64,000 nt of DNA. Source: Guillardia theta CCMP2712. Its lineage: Eukaryota; Protista; Cryptophyta. Below are positions 1 through 13,112 of this stretch, piece by piece (position 1 is the stretch's first letter; each line of letters begins with the position of its first letter). Made by a program: the position numbers and the translations under genes. The notes beneath the pieces are model-generated. The model made no database searches. It was not told the DNA's origin and was given only the letters and a program-made list of their open reading frames with translations. The stretch lies in assembly GCF_000315625.1 (NCBI RefSeq), contig NW_005434566.1, positions 140,903-204,902 of the forward strand, written 5' to 3'.

Positions 1-86
1 CATGAACGCCCTCCCTTCCTTCTACTCGCTCCTCTCGCGCTTCTCCAAGGAGGATGTAGAGTTCGGTTGTTGCACCCTCCTCCTCC

Positions 87-173
<87 letters not shown>

Positions 174-2570
174 TCCTCCTCCTCCACCCCCTCCTCCTCC
201 TCGACGCTGACGCTGACGCTGACGCCACTGGCAGCCACTCAGAGCCTCCAGCAACTCGGGGTCATGGTCAAGAGGAAGAGGACAGAGCTCAACTTCGCGC
301 TCTCGCATGCAACCGAGAAGCTGCTGCATCCCTCCAGCTGCTTCCGCCGTGTCCAGCAGGAGGTTCAGCAGTCGCTCGGGCAGGACCTGCAGCCGTTTCT
401 CAGCTCATCCGACCTCATGTCCAAGTGCCGGGGAGGAGAAGTCGCGAGCTTCCTGCTGCTCCAGCTCAAGGGGCTGGTGGAGGCGCTAGCACAGGTCCCG
501 CCTGACATCCTCGACGATGGGAAGAGGAGGAGGACGGAGGAGGGGGAGGGAGAGGAGCAGCGGAGGAACGGAGGAGGAGGAGGAGGAGGAGGAGGAATTT
601 CCTCGCACATCCTTCAGACGATGTCGGAGGGACTCCAGGCAGGGAAGGGGGAGGACTTGGAGCAGGTGAGACGAACACGGAGGAGGTTGAGAAGGAGTGA
701 GGGAGGAGAGGTAGCGAGAAGAGGATACGGTGAACAGGCAGAGAAGGAACGGGAGTGCAGAGGAGGTGAGAGGGAGGAATGGAGAGGTAGAACGGGTGGA
801 GAGGAGGAGGATGGGGGGAGAGGAGGAGGAGGAGGAGGTGGAGGGGAGGTAGGAGGGGAGGAAGGAGGGGAGGGGGGGCAAGAGGAGGAGGAGGAGTGAC
901 GGTTGTGACAGCGGCAGCCCCTGCCTGAGTGCGTCATCGTGCTCGAGAACAACTGTGACTCCTCTTCCTCCATCTTCGGCCCCTTCGGCAGCACCGACGA
1001 CTCCATAGCCTGCTACCTCACGGACTTGTGTGGTGCCGGTGAAGAGGACGAGGAGGATGGACAGCAGGAGGATGCAGCCGACCTGCTGCTTCTTCCTTTC
1101 TGGAGGCGAGATGGCAAGAAGGACGAGAAGGAGAACGAGGAGGAGAGGAGGAGGGCAATGCTGTGGCTGGAGAAACTTTCGTGCTGGATAGCAGAGGAGA
1201 AGGAGGAGGGGGCTTCGGTGCAGCAGCTGCAGCAGCGCGCTGAAGGAGAAATGACAGCCGTCGGACCTTGGCCGGTATGCTGGAGGCTAGCTGGAGGAAG
1301 AGGACAGAGGGGAGGGGAGCGAGGGAGGGGGGGAGGAAAAGGAAGGGGGAAAGGAGGAGCAGAGGAGAGCAGAGGAGAACAAAATACGAAAGCAGAGGAG
1401 GAGGAGGAGGAGGAGAAGGAGAAATTGATCAGAAACCAGGAGGGATCGACCCTGCAGGACGCCCTCACCACCCTGATGAATCAGGTGGGAGAGAGCTGGG
1501 GGTGTTGTCGAGCTTGACGTGCCGCAGGGAGAAGTCGTGGAGGTGGGGGGGATGGTGGAGAAGAAGTTAGTGGCAAAGAAGCACTCGAGCATCTGGATGA
1601 TGGAGACGGAGGACGCTCCTCCTGCCCAGGCTGCTGGGGACGCGGAGCAGGCGGGCGCTGACATGGGAGCGTCCCGGAGGGCAGCAGAGGCGCTGCGGGA
1701 CCCACAGGTCCCTTCCTCCTCCTCCCTCTTCCCCCTCTCTCGTTCCATCCGTCCACCTCCTCCTCCTCCCCTGCTTTCCTTGTTTGTTCTCCCCTCTTGC
1801 TCTCTTGCTCCTCCTTGTCCTCCTCCTCCCCTTCCTCCCTCCTCCCTCCTTGGTTGCTGAAACTTGCGGCAGGTGCTTGTGCCATGGTTCACGGTGAAGG
1901 GCGAGGAGAACGAGGAGGCGCTAGAGGCGCTGGTAAGAGTTACTGCTCCACCCTCCCCTCCCTCCCCTCCCTCCCCTGACACTCCTTTCAGAAAGCTTCA
2001 GTGTGCGAGCGCGTCTGGCAGAACCCTGGGATCCCCGAGTCTCATCTGAGAAGTGAGTGGAGGAGATGGAGTCGGAAGGGTGGAGGGAAGGGGCACGGAA
2101 CAGAGCAGAGGGGAAGGAGCAGCTGCGGAAGGAGCGAGGGCGGAGGATGCAGAAGGAACCAAGGAGGGAGTGACTGGTGCTTCAGGCAGATATTTCATGC
2201 TGAACCCGAGAACTCTCGGGGACGTGCTCGTCATCCTCGAAGTCTGTCTCCTCCCTCTGCCTTCTTCCTTCTCACTCCTGGAGCAGGCGGAAGGCAAGGT
2301 CGAGGTCCGAGCTCTCCACGTCCCACAGGTTGACCGTGCTGTTAGCCCGAGACTCTCCTGACCGCTGCCTGCAGTGCTCGCTCGCTTCTCCTCCCCTCCC
2401 GACCATCTTCGAGTCGTATGCGAGAGCCTCGGAGTTCGGAGGAAGCTTCTCCGCCGCCAACCCCTCCGTGTCTCGAGGTCTGTCCTCTCCTCGTGTGCAT
2501 GGTTCGCTCATGCAGCATGTCAGAGAGGTACCTCTACCCCAAGCGCGTGTCCTTCAAGCCCCTTCTCTGA
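1..2570 (+). CDS. GTF3C1: 3' part of TFIIIC large (B-block-binding) subunit, GTF3C1/Tfc3-like; multi-exon, 5' end outside the window
   Basis: Splicing the GT-AG exons at ~1873-1932, 1992-2052, 2186-2241 and 2287-2328 gives VLVPWFTVKGEENEEALEALKASVCERVWQNPGIPESHLRSRYFMLNPRTLGDVLVILEAEGKVEVR. This matches the remembered C-terminal winged-helix motif of GTF3C1 (PW..dG..N......l....l..i.qnPGI.E..l......LnP.....lL..Le..g.i..r). Upstream exons are interrupted by (CT)n and purine-rich introns. The exact stop is unresolved. Confidence 0.7.
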
Positions 2571-2707
2571 CCTCCTCTGCTTCCTCTCGAGCATCTGCAA
2601 GTACGTGTACACTAAGGTTCCATATAAGCTTTACCAGCCTCGCTGAGGGCTATCAACTACTCGCACGTCAACGGCTATACATACCTACTCCCACACGCTT
2701 CTCCCCC

Positions 2708-3493
2708 TCACCCCCTCCTGTCTACCACCTTGGCATAGAACCTGGCTCCGCTGCTGGAGGACGCCGAGTACTTGCGGAGAGGACCTCGCTTGTTGGGAAG
2801 CACCTCGCTACTCACAGGACTTCTCCGGCTCGCCCGTCCTAGAGGCGATCTGTCTTGGTGTGCCGACCACGAGTTGGATCGAGGCAGCTGCGCGTCTTCC
2901 TGCCCTGACATAGAGAAGCTGCGCGTGCGCATGTGGGCGATCGTCGACTCGAACTCAACAGTCTGGTGCGAGATGCTCGACTCTGTGCGGGAGAAGTTCC
3001 CGCCGCTAACCCAGTGAAACCTGCTCTGCGCATCTGGAGATGTGTCCTGCATGTGAAGCTCCCCCATGGACCGCGTCCTCGGCAGGAAGAGCGGCGAGCT
3101 CTCTCCCTTAGAGTCTCCGTCCGTCTCTTGATCGAGGTATGAAGTGGAATTGCTGCCCAGAGAGTTGGTTCTTGAGTGAGACTGCCGCAGGTCCCCCAGG
3201 TACCTGGAAGGAGCATCCGTATCCGCTCGATCAGCATGGTCGGAAAGATACTTGGAGCCTTCATGTTCAGGTGTGCCATGTTGGGCATCTTGAGCAGGCG
3301 AGCCAACGGAGCAAATGTCATTTTCGAGCTTCGCTATGCGGCTTTCGAGCTGTTGCATCCTTATCATCGAGCGATACAGGAGGTACATCGCAACCACAAG
3401 ACCTGATACCAACAACGCCAGGGCGATCAAGGAGGCTCTTGAGGCAAGAGTTAGCACGCACAGCTGCTCCAATGAAGTTGCCTCGTTGCTCAT
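2708..3493 (-). CDS. Hypothetical single-pass membrane protein (TM + short coiled coil + Ser-rich tail)
   Basis: 261-aa ORF with hydrophobic LIALALLVSGLVVAMYLLY followed by heptad-like MQQLESRIAKLENDI and several RxxS sites. It converges on the GTF3C1-like gene. No family recognised; start is uncertain. Confidence 0.55.
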   Translation of the reverse strand: MSNEATSLEQLCVLTLASRASLIALALLVSGLVVAMYLLYRSMIRMQQLESRIAKLENDICSVGSPAQDAQHGTPEHEGSKYLSDHADRADTDAPSRYLGDLRQSHSRTNSLGSNSTSYLDQETDGDSKGESSPLFLPRTRSMGELHMQDTSPDAQSRFHWVSGGNFSRTESSISHQTVEFESTIAHMRTRSFSMSGQEDAQLPRSNSWSAHQDRSPLGRASRRSPVSSEVLPNKRGPLRKYSASSSSGARFYAKVVDRRG

Positions 3494-3929
3494 CCTTGAC
3501 CTTGGCTAGCAGAGCTACTGTGAGTAGTTCAACCGTAGATTGCAAGCGGAGCTCCGTTCATGACCCGATAGTAGTCGAAATGAGTGCTCCTTGTTGAGCT
3601 CAACTCGAACGCGGCATGTAATGTCTTTCCGATCAACTTGCCCAGTATTTTCGCTTCCTTCGCTTACTTCCTTGCTTGTTTCAAATGCATCCTCGTACTT
3701 CCATCACGTTTCTCACGTTGAACGAAGGAGTCTACCAAGTTGTTCAATCTCCCACTTGAAGCGCGTTGCTCGGACTTCTTTCTACTTCATCATCTCCTCC
3801 TTCCCTTCCTCTCTTTGCCTTTGTTCTCAGTCTCTCCCCTCCTCTCTCCTCGCCTCTCCTATCCTCGCTCTCTCCTCCTGCTCCACCTTCTCCCTTCGAC
3901 CCCACCTCCTTTCCAAAGAGATTTTCTGA

Positions 3930-4550
3930 GTAACCCTTACTTGATACCACCCCTACCCCATCATCATCCCATATTTACCAGTGATATCATGGGTCCTATT
4001 TGTACCCCACCCCACTGAATATACGATGACACACCCCCTACCCTTGCGACTCTATTTACTACCACCCTACCTAGCCCTTGTTCCGTGAACTTTACTGTGT
4101 CCCCCTCAATTATTGTTTTAAAATGTCCTAGGAGTGCTAGGACCTCCCTAACAACAGTATCAAGAATTAAGTTTACGGAGGTCTTAGCTTATTCTAGGAC
4201 CCTCATGGAGAAAGCTACGACTAGGTCCTTAGTATCATAAGAGTTTACTTAAAAAAAAACGTGTCACCACCCACCCCTTAAAATTGAATCATTCCCGTCC
4301 TTGTTCCTGACCACCACCCCCATTGTTCCTGTAATTTATACCCTAATATCGTCATTTGCGGTCCAACATCCCACCCTACCCACCCCGCAATCATTCAGAC
4401 GTTCCCAGAGAGTGGGGAATGACTTTCGTAATACCCTACCCCTTATGTAAACTAGAGCTCTCCAACAACCACCGGGTACTTTCCAAATACCATCATATAC
4501 CACCCCACCAGATCAAATTTCACTTTTTCGGTTCTACCACCCCCCTCTGA
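3930..4550 (+). repeat. C-rich TACCC/CACCC 'vocabulary' tract
   Basis: Dense non-periodic CCCTACCC, CACCCACCC and ATACCC words on the + strand. Confidence 0.7.
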
Positions 4551-4559
4551 TGTTAATTG

Positions 4560-5880
4560 ATCACCAGCGGCCGGAACCGGCGGGCCAGTAGTAATAAACT
4601 TTGAGTAAAGAAAACTCCGGTTTGCCTTTCTTTTTCCGTTGAACGGAGAGTCCGTCCGATCCGAGTCACCGTCATTTAACTTAACTTTGAGTAAAGGCAC
4701 CGTCACGGTCGGGCCCCGCCGCCCCGGCGGCGTTCGGGCGGCGCGGCCCGGCGGCCCGACCCGGCCCGGCCCACCGGGCCGGGGCCAGGGCAATCCGATC
4801 CGTGCCCCGGCCAGCGGGCAACCCGGGGCCAGGCCCGGCGCGGGGCGCTCAGGCTCTCGGACGGGGCCGCCTTCGGCGGCGGCCAAGTTAGCATCGACGC
4901 CCTACTAGCGGCCGCCGCTAGCATCCGGAGTCCGGGGCCGGCCAGCCTCTGGCCGCATCAGAAAGCCCGGCCCGGCCTCCGGCATTCAATGATTCCGAGC
5001 GACGGTTCAACCGGGTCAGTGAACGGTTCTGCAGTGCGCCGGCCCGGGCGGGCACCAGAATTGCGGGGCTACGTCACTGATGCTCGGAAGAATCCTGACT
5101 GAGGCATTGTGACCGTAGTACTGTGAAAAAATGTCACGTTCAAGAGACTTGAGTCGGAGTCGGAGGCTGCCAGTGAGAGCCTCGGAGGCAGGGGGGGGGT
5201 GACGCCGGGTTCTCAGAGTCTAGAACGGCGGGAAACTTGGCCATGACCGGCGAGGCTCCGAGCGGGCAGGCGGGAGTCGCGCGGCCCGACGGTGGCATCA
5301 CTGAGTCACCCGCCGCGCGGCCCCGGGCGCCGCGCCGGCCGGGCGGCGGCGCCGCTCGGCCCGCCGCCGGGAAGCGGCTACTCACCGTCCGATCACTGTG
5401 TGAGTCGGTCACTGTCACTGATTGGAATACGCCATGACAGTGACCCGGCGTGCTACGGTGACTCGTCGCGGAGTCGGCGAGGGCCGAGCCGGGTCACCGT
5501 CTCGGACCGTACTCCCCGAGCCGGGCCCCGGCGGCCGCCGCCGAGGCCGCGGCCGCGTGGATACCCGGTTATCAGTATGATAGGCGCGGCCGGGCCTTTC
5601 CTGGCAATCGGGCAAGACGGTTCAAAGTTACCGTCGGTAGTACGTGACTCAAAGTTTAGATTTCTCGGCGGTGGCCGTACGAAGCCAACGGTCTCCGACG
5701 CTCCCGTACCGTAGTACCGTACGGCGGCACTCATCCGTGACTGCCGGGCACTCCGTGACTAGTGCCACTTAACGTACTGGCAGCTTAACTTTGAGTAAAG
5801 ACGGCAGCCTGAGTGATAAGCCGGGCGGCCGGGCCGGCCGCTAGGGCGGCCGGGCCCGGACAGCGGGCTGGGGAGAATGT
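4560..5880. repeat. GC-rich palindromic 'vocabulary' tract with three AACTTTGAGTAAAG motifs
   Basis: Built of GGCCGGG/CCCGGCC, GTCACGG, CCGTAC, GACTCGGAGTC and CAGTGAC words. The 14-mer occurs at 4597-4610, 4683-4696 and 5787-5800. An abrupt AT-rich boundary follows at ~5880-5990. Confidence 0.75.
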
Positions 5881-7334
5881 TTTAATAATAATAATTATTA
5901 ACGCAGGCCAAATTTAATTTCGCGCATATATATATCTTTTATTTTCTATTTTTACTGAAATTGAATTTTTTGCGTATTATTATCTCCCCTCAGCGAAAGA
6001 TTGAACTCGAGAGAGAATCCCCCGACAAGATTTCAATTCTCTCCCAAGTACCTGCAATTTGATGCTGAATTCCATCGGAGATTTGGAGTTACTGAAGCCT
6101 GCCCCTCTTCTATCCGTAGCGTCAAGGGGTGGAACCTGGCGGCTGCAACGACGACTGCACGCACGCACGCACGCAAACTTATTTATTACTACTCTGTGAT
6201 CAAGTCAAAAGGCGTGCCTCCTTGATCTGTGACTTTGAAATTTTACAGAAAGATTTGAATTATAAGGGAGCTAGTAGCAGACCCTGCTGACAGGGAGTGA
6301 CAACTTCTGTTCTGCGTCCTATCGGAAAAGGGTCTGATCACCCCCCAATATTCCCTTGGAAGGACCCCTACAGAATGACATGTAGTAAAGTATCCGGAAA
6401 AATGACCGACAACGGAATTTGAAATTTCAGCATAATATTTCAAAATACCAGGAGCATAAATGAAGCAACGGAATTGCGGCTTTCCGGTGCTGCTCGCTCC
6501 GATCAGCCTCTTTTCTGCCATCAGGTTTTCCTTGCTGCCTGTCCTAAGGTCGGGAGCGACTCAACTGATAAACCTCCTCCCCTATCGTCTCGTCGCTCAC
6601 TCCTCTCTCAATGCGTCTTTGACTCTCCTTCTCTCTTGGCTCGCAATTTCCTCCGACCTCAAGTCTTCATGCATGAATCCTGAAGGCCTCTTCTACGTGC
6701 TCAAACTCTTTGTTTCATGTGATAGGAGATATTTCTGCTGCTCTCACAACCGCCTTCATATTTTGCTCTCACTTTTGCTGATCTGCTATGCTATCCAGGC
6801 TCTGACAGTCTTTCCTCTCCAGTTCATGAAGCCGCGATCAAGTTGAGGAAACTACATCCACCCTTCTCCACCCATCCAGTATACGCTCCCTCCCCCTTCC
6901 CCACTGTTTACCTCTCTCTCCCCTCCCCTTTCTTGTCACCTCGACGTTCCTTGTCCGCGTTCAAAGTTGCCCTCCTCCCTTCCTCGGCCTCCTCCTCCTC
7001 CCCCTGCCTCGTCCCTTCCATACCAGTCCATGACGAGTATTTTAAATATGTTCTAATTATATAATGTTTTAGTTATAATAAAAGAATGGTTCTCCCCCAC
7101 CCCCCAAATTCCCCTCCTCCTGGCGATCTCGGCTATCCTGCACTGTCTCAACCGAAGGCCCCTCTCTCCCTCTCTTCCCCGCCCTCTCTCCCTGCACCAT
7201 CCCTCCCTCTACTCCTGTAGAGCCTCTCAAGGCACTCGCATCTGGGTATGCACCGCAACGCCATGCTGTGTGCCTCTCGTTACGGTTGAAGGGCTGGCCC
7301 AAGCGATCGTAGCTGCGGTGCAACCGACAATACC

Positions 7335-8717
7335 ATGGAGGACTGCCCTGCTGATCTGCGACATTTACTGGAAAGCAGTCTGATCCGCTCCAAGGCCAGA
7401 CGCCTTCCATGCTCGAGGTGTCAGCAACTCAACTTGGATTGCGACTCCTTCAGACCATGCAAGCAGTGTTCTAAAAGCGGCCACAAAAACTCATGTGACG
7501 CTGTTCAGGAATTGACGTCGGCTTGTTCTGCCTGTAAGGTATCAAAGGTGAAATGTGACAGGAAACGACCTTGCTCCAACTGCATTAGACGTGGTAAAGG
7601 GAGTGAATGCTGCGATCCTCCAGCTGGAGGGTCTTGGGCGGAGCTAGAGGAAAGGAGGCTTGTGCGTTTGTCCTCGTCATCAACAATTCAGCAACCGGAG
7701 ACTCCATTGGCAGCTCCTTCACATGTAGACGTGTGGTCTGACTTTGCGCTCAGCTCGGATGGAAGCGACAAGCAGGTTGGAAGCCTTTACCCGCTCTTGG
7801 TCAAGATGTCGCAAGCAGGCTACTGTAAAACTTCTCTGCTAATGATGATCAATAGCATGGGCCCTGACATCAGATCCGCCATGTGTGCCGTTGTGGAAGG
7901 GATCATGAAGAAGCCTATCAGCGACTGGAGAGTTGGTGCTTCCCTCAGCGCTGCGAATAGCAGCGACGCAGTTTACCTGCGGAATTTCGCAAAGTTGAAA
8001 GAGTCCAAGCTCAGCCTCGGGTACTGGACGGTCCACTGGCGGCCGGGGGGCATGCTGCGAGAAAAGATCGAGATCAGCAAGGGGCTGGGGCATCTTCTGA
8101 AGCGAAACCCGGAGGAAATCCTCTCACGGGCCGCAAGCTGCGAGTTTGAGCTGCCGTCGTCAGACCTTGAGTTCCTGTGCGTTCTGCTGGAAGACCTGTA
8201 CTGCTTTGCTGACACCACCATGGTGCGGTACGGGAGGGTCTGCCGACGATGCCCAGGCAGCAAACTCGGGGAGTCGTGCTTTGTGCGGGTGCTCTCGGTG
8301 AAGAGCATCGATGAGCAGAAACGGCTCATCTCCTCCACTCACTCCATGGAGCTCCTCGATGCCAACGACTGGGACAAGCTTCATCATGACCCTTCCTCCA
8401 AGTGAGCTTGCTGAGCAGCCTTTTTGTATTGGAGTGGATACTGACTCGTGTACCTACCCACAGCAGGTGCATTTATCTCCAGCTCATGTACTCCATGGGA
8501 GTGGTGAGGACGGCAGAAGAGCTTCTAGATCGACACAAGCAAGACATGGTGAGGGACCCGAGGGATGATGTGTTGTCCATGTCAGACTGATTGTTTCTTC
8601 CAGCTCTTTGACGAGAACTTCGCCAACATGTTGCAGAGCCAGGAAGGGAGGTACAGGATGAAAAAGGTGGCTGAGTTCATTCGAAACAAGTTCTCAGCTC
8701 TGCTCGAGCCGGTGTAG
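7335..8717 (+). CDS. Transcription factor with two tandem Zn(II)2Cys6 (Gal4-type) binuclear clusters
   Basis: CSRCQQLNLDCDSFRPCKQCSKSGHKNSC and ACSACKVSKVKCDRKRPCSNCIRRGKGSECC both fit CX2CX6CX5CX2CX6-8C. Introns at ~8402-8466 and 8549-8603 keep the frame to TAG at 8715-8717. Confidence 0.88.
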
Positions 8718-9279
8718 CAACGGCCAGTTGTAATCGTCGAGCCCAGCAAGTTGCTACGGGCGACCCAACTCTCAAGTTCGCGGCTACCCATGCAATGCGT
8801 TGATGTGCAACTCAAATGTCAGTTCCTTCGAGATGTCTGGACTTTGGATTTAGCTCCATGTCCATATAAATTGACATGTTATCAGAATCTCATGTGTTTG
8901 TATGACAGCGACCGAGACTAGAGCTTATAAAGAGGTCTGTGAGCCATATCAAGACTGATGCTCCAGAACTCGAAATCAATTTCTCCTTCTGTTTCTATCC
9001 TTGCCCTGGCCATGTCCTCCGTGCTTTCGTAGCATATGATATCTTTACCGTATCTTCATGTCTCTACCTCTGCACCTCCCTCTGCGCTTTCCTCCCAGTC
9101 CCTGTCCCTGTCATTGTTTCACAACAACTTTGTTCCTTTCATCATCCCCAGTCTTGAGACAAAATATCGTAAGACGACAATCGCATGAATACATTCTCAT
9201 GGAATCAGCCCGGTAGCTGCTTGCTTCCCTTCCCCTCCACTTCTCTCCCTTCATCTCTTCACTCCCCTTTCTATCTGCT

Positions 9280-9642
9280 CCGCTCCGATCCGCTCCGCTC
9301 CTCTCCTCTCCGCTCCTCTCTTCCCCTCTCGTCTCGTCTCGTCTCGTCTCGTCTCCTCCCCTCCCCTCCCCTCCCCTCTCCTCCCCTCTCGTCTCGTCCC
9401 CTCCCCTCTCCCTCGTCTCGTCTCGTCTCGTCTCCTCCCCTCCCCCCCCCCTCTCCTCTCCTACTCTTTCGTCCCCTCTCCTCTCCTCTCCTCTCCTCCC
9501 TCTCCTCTCCTCTCCTCTCCTCTCCTCTCCTCTCCTCCCCTCTCCTCTCCTCTCCTCTCCTCGCTCTCCTCCCCTCTCATCTCCTCTCCTAGCTCTCCTC
9601 TCCTCTCCTCTCCTCTCCTCTCCTCTCCTCTCCTCTCCTCTC
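9280..9642 (+). repeat. Compound pentamer microsatellite (CCGCT/CTCGT/CTCCC/CTCCT)n, polypyrimidine
   Basis: Directly visible. Confidence 0.9.
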
Positions 9643-10496
9643 CGAGATCGGGTCGTCTGAACGGCGGTCAGCGTCTGCCCCTTTCTGCCGCACTTTTAAG
9701 ATTCGATATTCCACATAATTTTGAAACTTTGGGGTCAAAATCTGACTTATTTCATCAAAGTTTCACTCTGATTTGGATCGGATATTTCAAAATTAAAAAT
9801 TATTTCTGGTACTTGCTCAACTTCCTAAATTCCCCTCAGTTTCACTGGCCGCTGCAATGCAGAGGACGGGGATGGCGGGGGGATGGCGAGCGCGGGGTGG
9901 AGATGGGGAGGAGAGAAGAGACAGGGACGATGCAGAGTTGAGGCGTCCAAACTCATGGGAGATGAAGGATGAAGGAGGTCAAGTGAAGCAGGGGTGTAGT
10001 TTCATCGAGAGATTTTAGCACAGTTCTGTGTTGGGGGAATCGGTCAAAGCGTAAACGAAATGGTGCACTTGTGAAGAAAGGGAGGGAAATTATTGACTAA
10101 CAATTGAGATCAAAGTGATGATGAAAAGAATGCCACATCTTGCAGTCCAAATCAAGAATACCTCCGGATATGATCTAGATTCCTTTCCTGCAAACCCATT
10201 CCCCTTGTGCATTGAAGTGTTGTATGACTTGCAAGCCCACAGGAGATGTCGGCGAGTGATCATGATTCTGATGAAAACTCCCCGAACGATCAAGACAACA
10301 AGGAAGAAACTGAATTGAGGACAGTGCATCTTGACGATGGTGAGAGTGAAACATGATGAAGTAATGCCTGAATATATTTGCTTGCATCTTTTCAGAGCAA
10401 GAGCAAGCCGGAGCCGACAAATCTCGGGCTAAGAACAGAGAACAGATCAGCAGAACAAGTTCAAGAACTTCTCACATAGACTCCGCACAGGAGGAC

Positions 10497-12618
10497 ATGG
10501 CAGACGGAAAGTGCGCTCTTGTTCTTGCTGGTGCTGACGGTTGTACAGATGAAGATTCGCCGGAGAGGAAGCAAGGAGCGGCTCCCATGGAGGTGGAAGG
10601 CGATACTGTCCTACCGGCCGAAGGCAGCCTGGAAGATGAAGCCATGGAGACCGAGCAGTCAAACGGTGTTGAGGGTGCAGCTGTCCCTGCAGCTGCTCCT
10701 GTGCCGAGAAGCGGAGGAAGATCGTGATTTTAGCATCTGATGCGCTACATGAAGACGTGACTTGTACCTCAGAGGCAAGCAAGGAACAACGGAGCTCACG
10801 AGGCTCGGAGCCCCTGGTGCTGGAAAGGTCAGCGAGTCTTGTGCGAGCAGGGAGGCCAAGATAGTGACGGTAGTGCTGCAGAAGTCAGTCGGTCGGCGAG
10901 GAGTTTATCCACCTGGGCGGCCGCCAGTTCCTGTCTGTTGATGCTTCATCTGAAGAATTTTTCTCATTTCCTTGTTCAGAATGACTGCACTTCAATCAGC
11001 AAGATTCCTGCCCGCATCTTGAATGCTGAGCTAACGTAAGACCAGACATATGATATGCTCTTCTCAAAGTGCTTGCCAGGTGCCCGATCTGTCTCTCCAT
11101 CGTTCGCTCTACGCATACCTTCATGGAGTGCCTGCATCGTTTCTGTCAGGTCCAGACAGTCTCGTTGCCGTCGGTCATCTGACCCCAAGTCTCAGGAATG
11201 CATTGAAAAGTACCTGAGATTAGGGCAGAAAGAATGTCCCAAGTGCCGCGTTAAGGTGCTGAGCTGTCGATCTTGAGGATCGAGAGATTTGAAGTGCCCG
11301 ATCAGGTGTCGTCCAGGAGAGCTTTACGTGCCGATCCTCAATTTGACAAGCTCATCCAAGTAGCTGCGATGTTTGTGTTGGCTGCCCTTTGACGAGTTGC
11401 AAGGCGTTCTATCCGGACATCGATGCGTATGAGGAGAAGGAAGAGGAGTTTATCTCCAAGGTCAACGCGGAGAGTCATACGATCGCGGCTGCGGTAGAAG
11501 AAGGGTAAGAGCACAGCCTCCTGCCCTCTTGCGTCTCACTTGGCTCACTCTCAGCTTACGACGACAATCGCAAGCTGCTTCCGGTCGTCGGAGAGAGCTG
11601 GACCTCTCCCCTCCTCATTGCTTATTTCATGCAGGGCGTTCCAAGGACAAGGACACGGAGAGATCGAGCGGCAATTATGTAGCAAGCGGCGCAGGTTTGT
11701 TCCTCATCTTCCTCCGCCTCTTCATATGACCCTACGGCAGCCTCGTCCTCGCAGAATCGCTCTACAAGTCAGAGGGAGAAACCTTCGGCTCAGTTAGAAG
11801 GAGAAGAAGAGGGCAGGAAGGCTAAGGGAGACAAGGCTGGAGGGTCTGCGGCCAAGAAGGTTTCCTCGGGAGGCAAGAGCTCCAAGGCAGAAAAAGTTAC
11901 TTCCGGATTTGGAGCACCGTCCTCCTCAGCTCGTAGCGGCAAGAAATCGGAGAACGGAATGGCGAAGGTCGGGGTGAAGAGAAAGAGCGATCTTGCAGAC
12001 AAGAGCTCGAGGGAGGTGGACGGCGAGCAAAGGAAGGAGAGCAAGGTCTCGAGCCAAGGGAGGAATGGCAAGAAGCCGGAAGGCCCTGGAGGCCCTGGCG
12101 ATCGTCCCGCGGCTCGTCCGGTCTCTCCTCCTTCTCCTCCCTCCATCGTTAGCAAGCGCCAAGGAATAGTCGAGTTTCGCCTCTGGCCGCATCCTACGGA
12201 GCAGAGGGTTCAGCCCTTGAAGAAGGACTACGTCTGCTCCATCGAATCGTGTCAGATGATCGTGCTGAAGAAGTTTCTCGCTTCCCGATACAAGCAGGAG
12301 GACTACAGGGCCTTCGACCTCCTGATCCACACGACTGAGCAAGAGAACGCGCTGATTCCCAACGACATTACTCTAGGTGAGGAGAGCGAGGAAGGAAGGG
12401 TGGGAGACAGATGGAGAGTTGAGGAGGAAGGGGATTGGAGCAGAGGAGGAACATTGGAGTGGAGGAGGTTTGCAAAACTGAATTGATTGCTTTGTGCAGG
12501 GACTGTAGTGAGGATGTTGTGGCAAAGGACCGGAGAGCTTAAGATCATGTTCCGCACTAGCTCCTTCTACAAGGAAATCAGAGAAGCGAACGGGGCGCTA
12601 GGGCAGGAAAGGCAATGA
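10497..12618 (+). CDS. RING1: Polycomb PRC1 E3 ligase RING1/Sce homolog (C3HC4 RING + RAWUL)
   Basis: Spliced exons give ELTCPICLSIVRSTHTFMECLHRFCQECIEKYLRLGQKECPKCRVKVSSRRALRADPQFDKLIQAFYPDIDAYEEKEEEF, the RING1A/B signature. The C-terminal IVEFRLWPHP...YVCSIESCQMIVLKKFLASRY...DITLGTVVRMLWQRTGELKIMFR is a RAWUL domain. Stop TGA at 12616-12618; start approximate. Confidence 0.92.
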
Positions 12619-13112
12619 GGAAGGGCAAGTTGCGAGTGCAAGAGCAGGGAGGAGGGAGGAGGGAAGAGGGAAAAAGAAAAGAAAGAATTTCATAGGAAAG
12701 CAGCTGAGCCATGCCTCAACAATTTTTCACTGCTCAATGCGTTATCATCGTGTCAGAACATTCTGTAGAATATCTCGAGGAGGACTACTTGTCCATTCTG
12801 GTCCCTTTTCTTACTTTAATTAGTGAAATCAACAACAAAAATCCAAACTAAGTCTTGTATACATCTTTCCCTTTCTAACCTGCTGCCATCATGATGGAGA
12901 TAAAAAATAAGGATCGGAGGGAGTTGGGCCATAAACACATGCGGGGGTAACAGGTCAAGTGAGCCGTCTAATCCAACAAGTCAACTCGAGGAGGACAAAT
13001 TCAAACTCATCTCACGTCTTGCTCATTTGGGCGGCTTGTGGAGCGAGTTGGCTAGGACGAATCTCGCATGAGGGTCTGTGGGAAGGATGAGGGAGAGTGG
13101 CAAGCAGCACCT

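Noticed and set aside
4452-5734. Pro/Gly/Arg-rich ORFs in the GC tract (also 16124-16772 and 43728-44679)
   Set aside because: Open on both strands because of GC content; no domain or splice structure.
4560-5880. rDNA/ITS or structured RNA gene
   Set aside because: No conserved SSU/LSU/5.8S motifs recognised.
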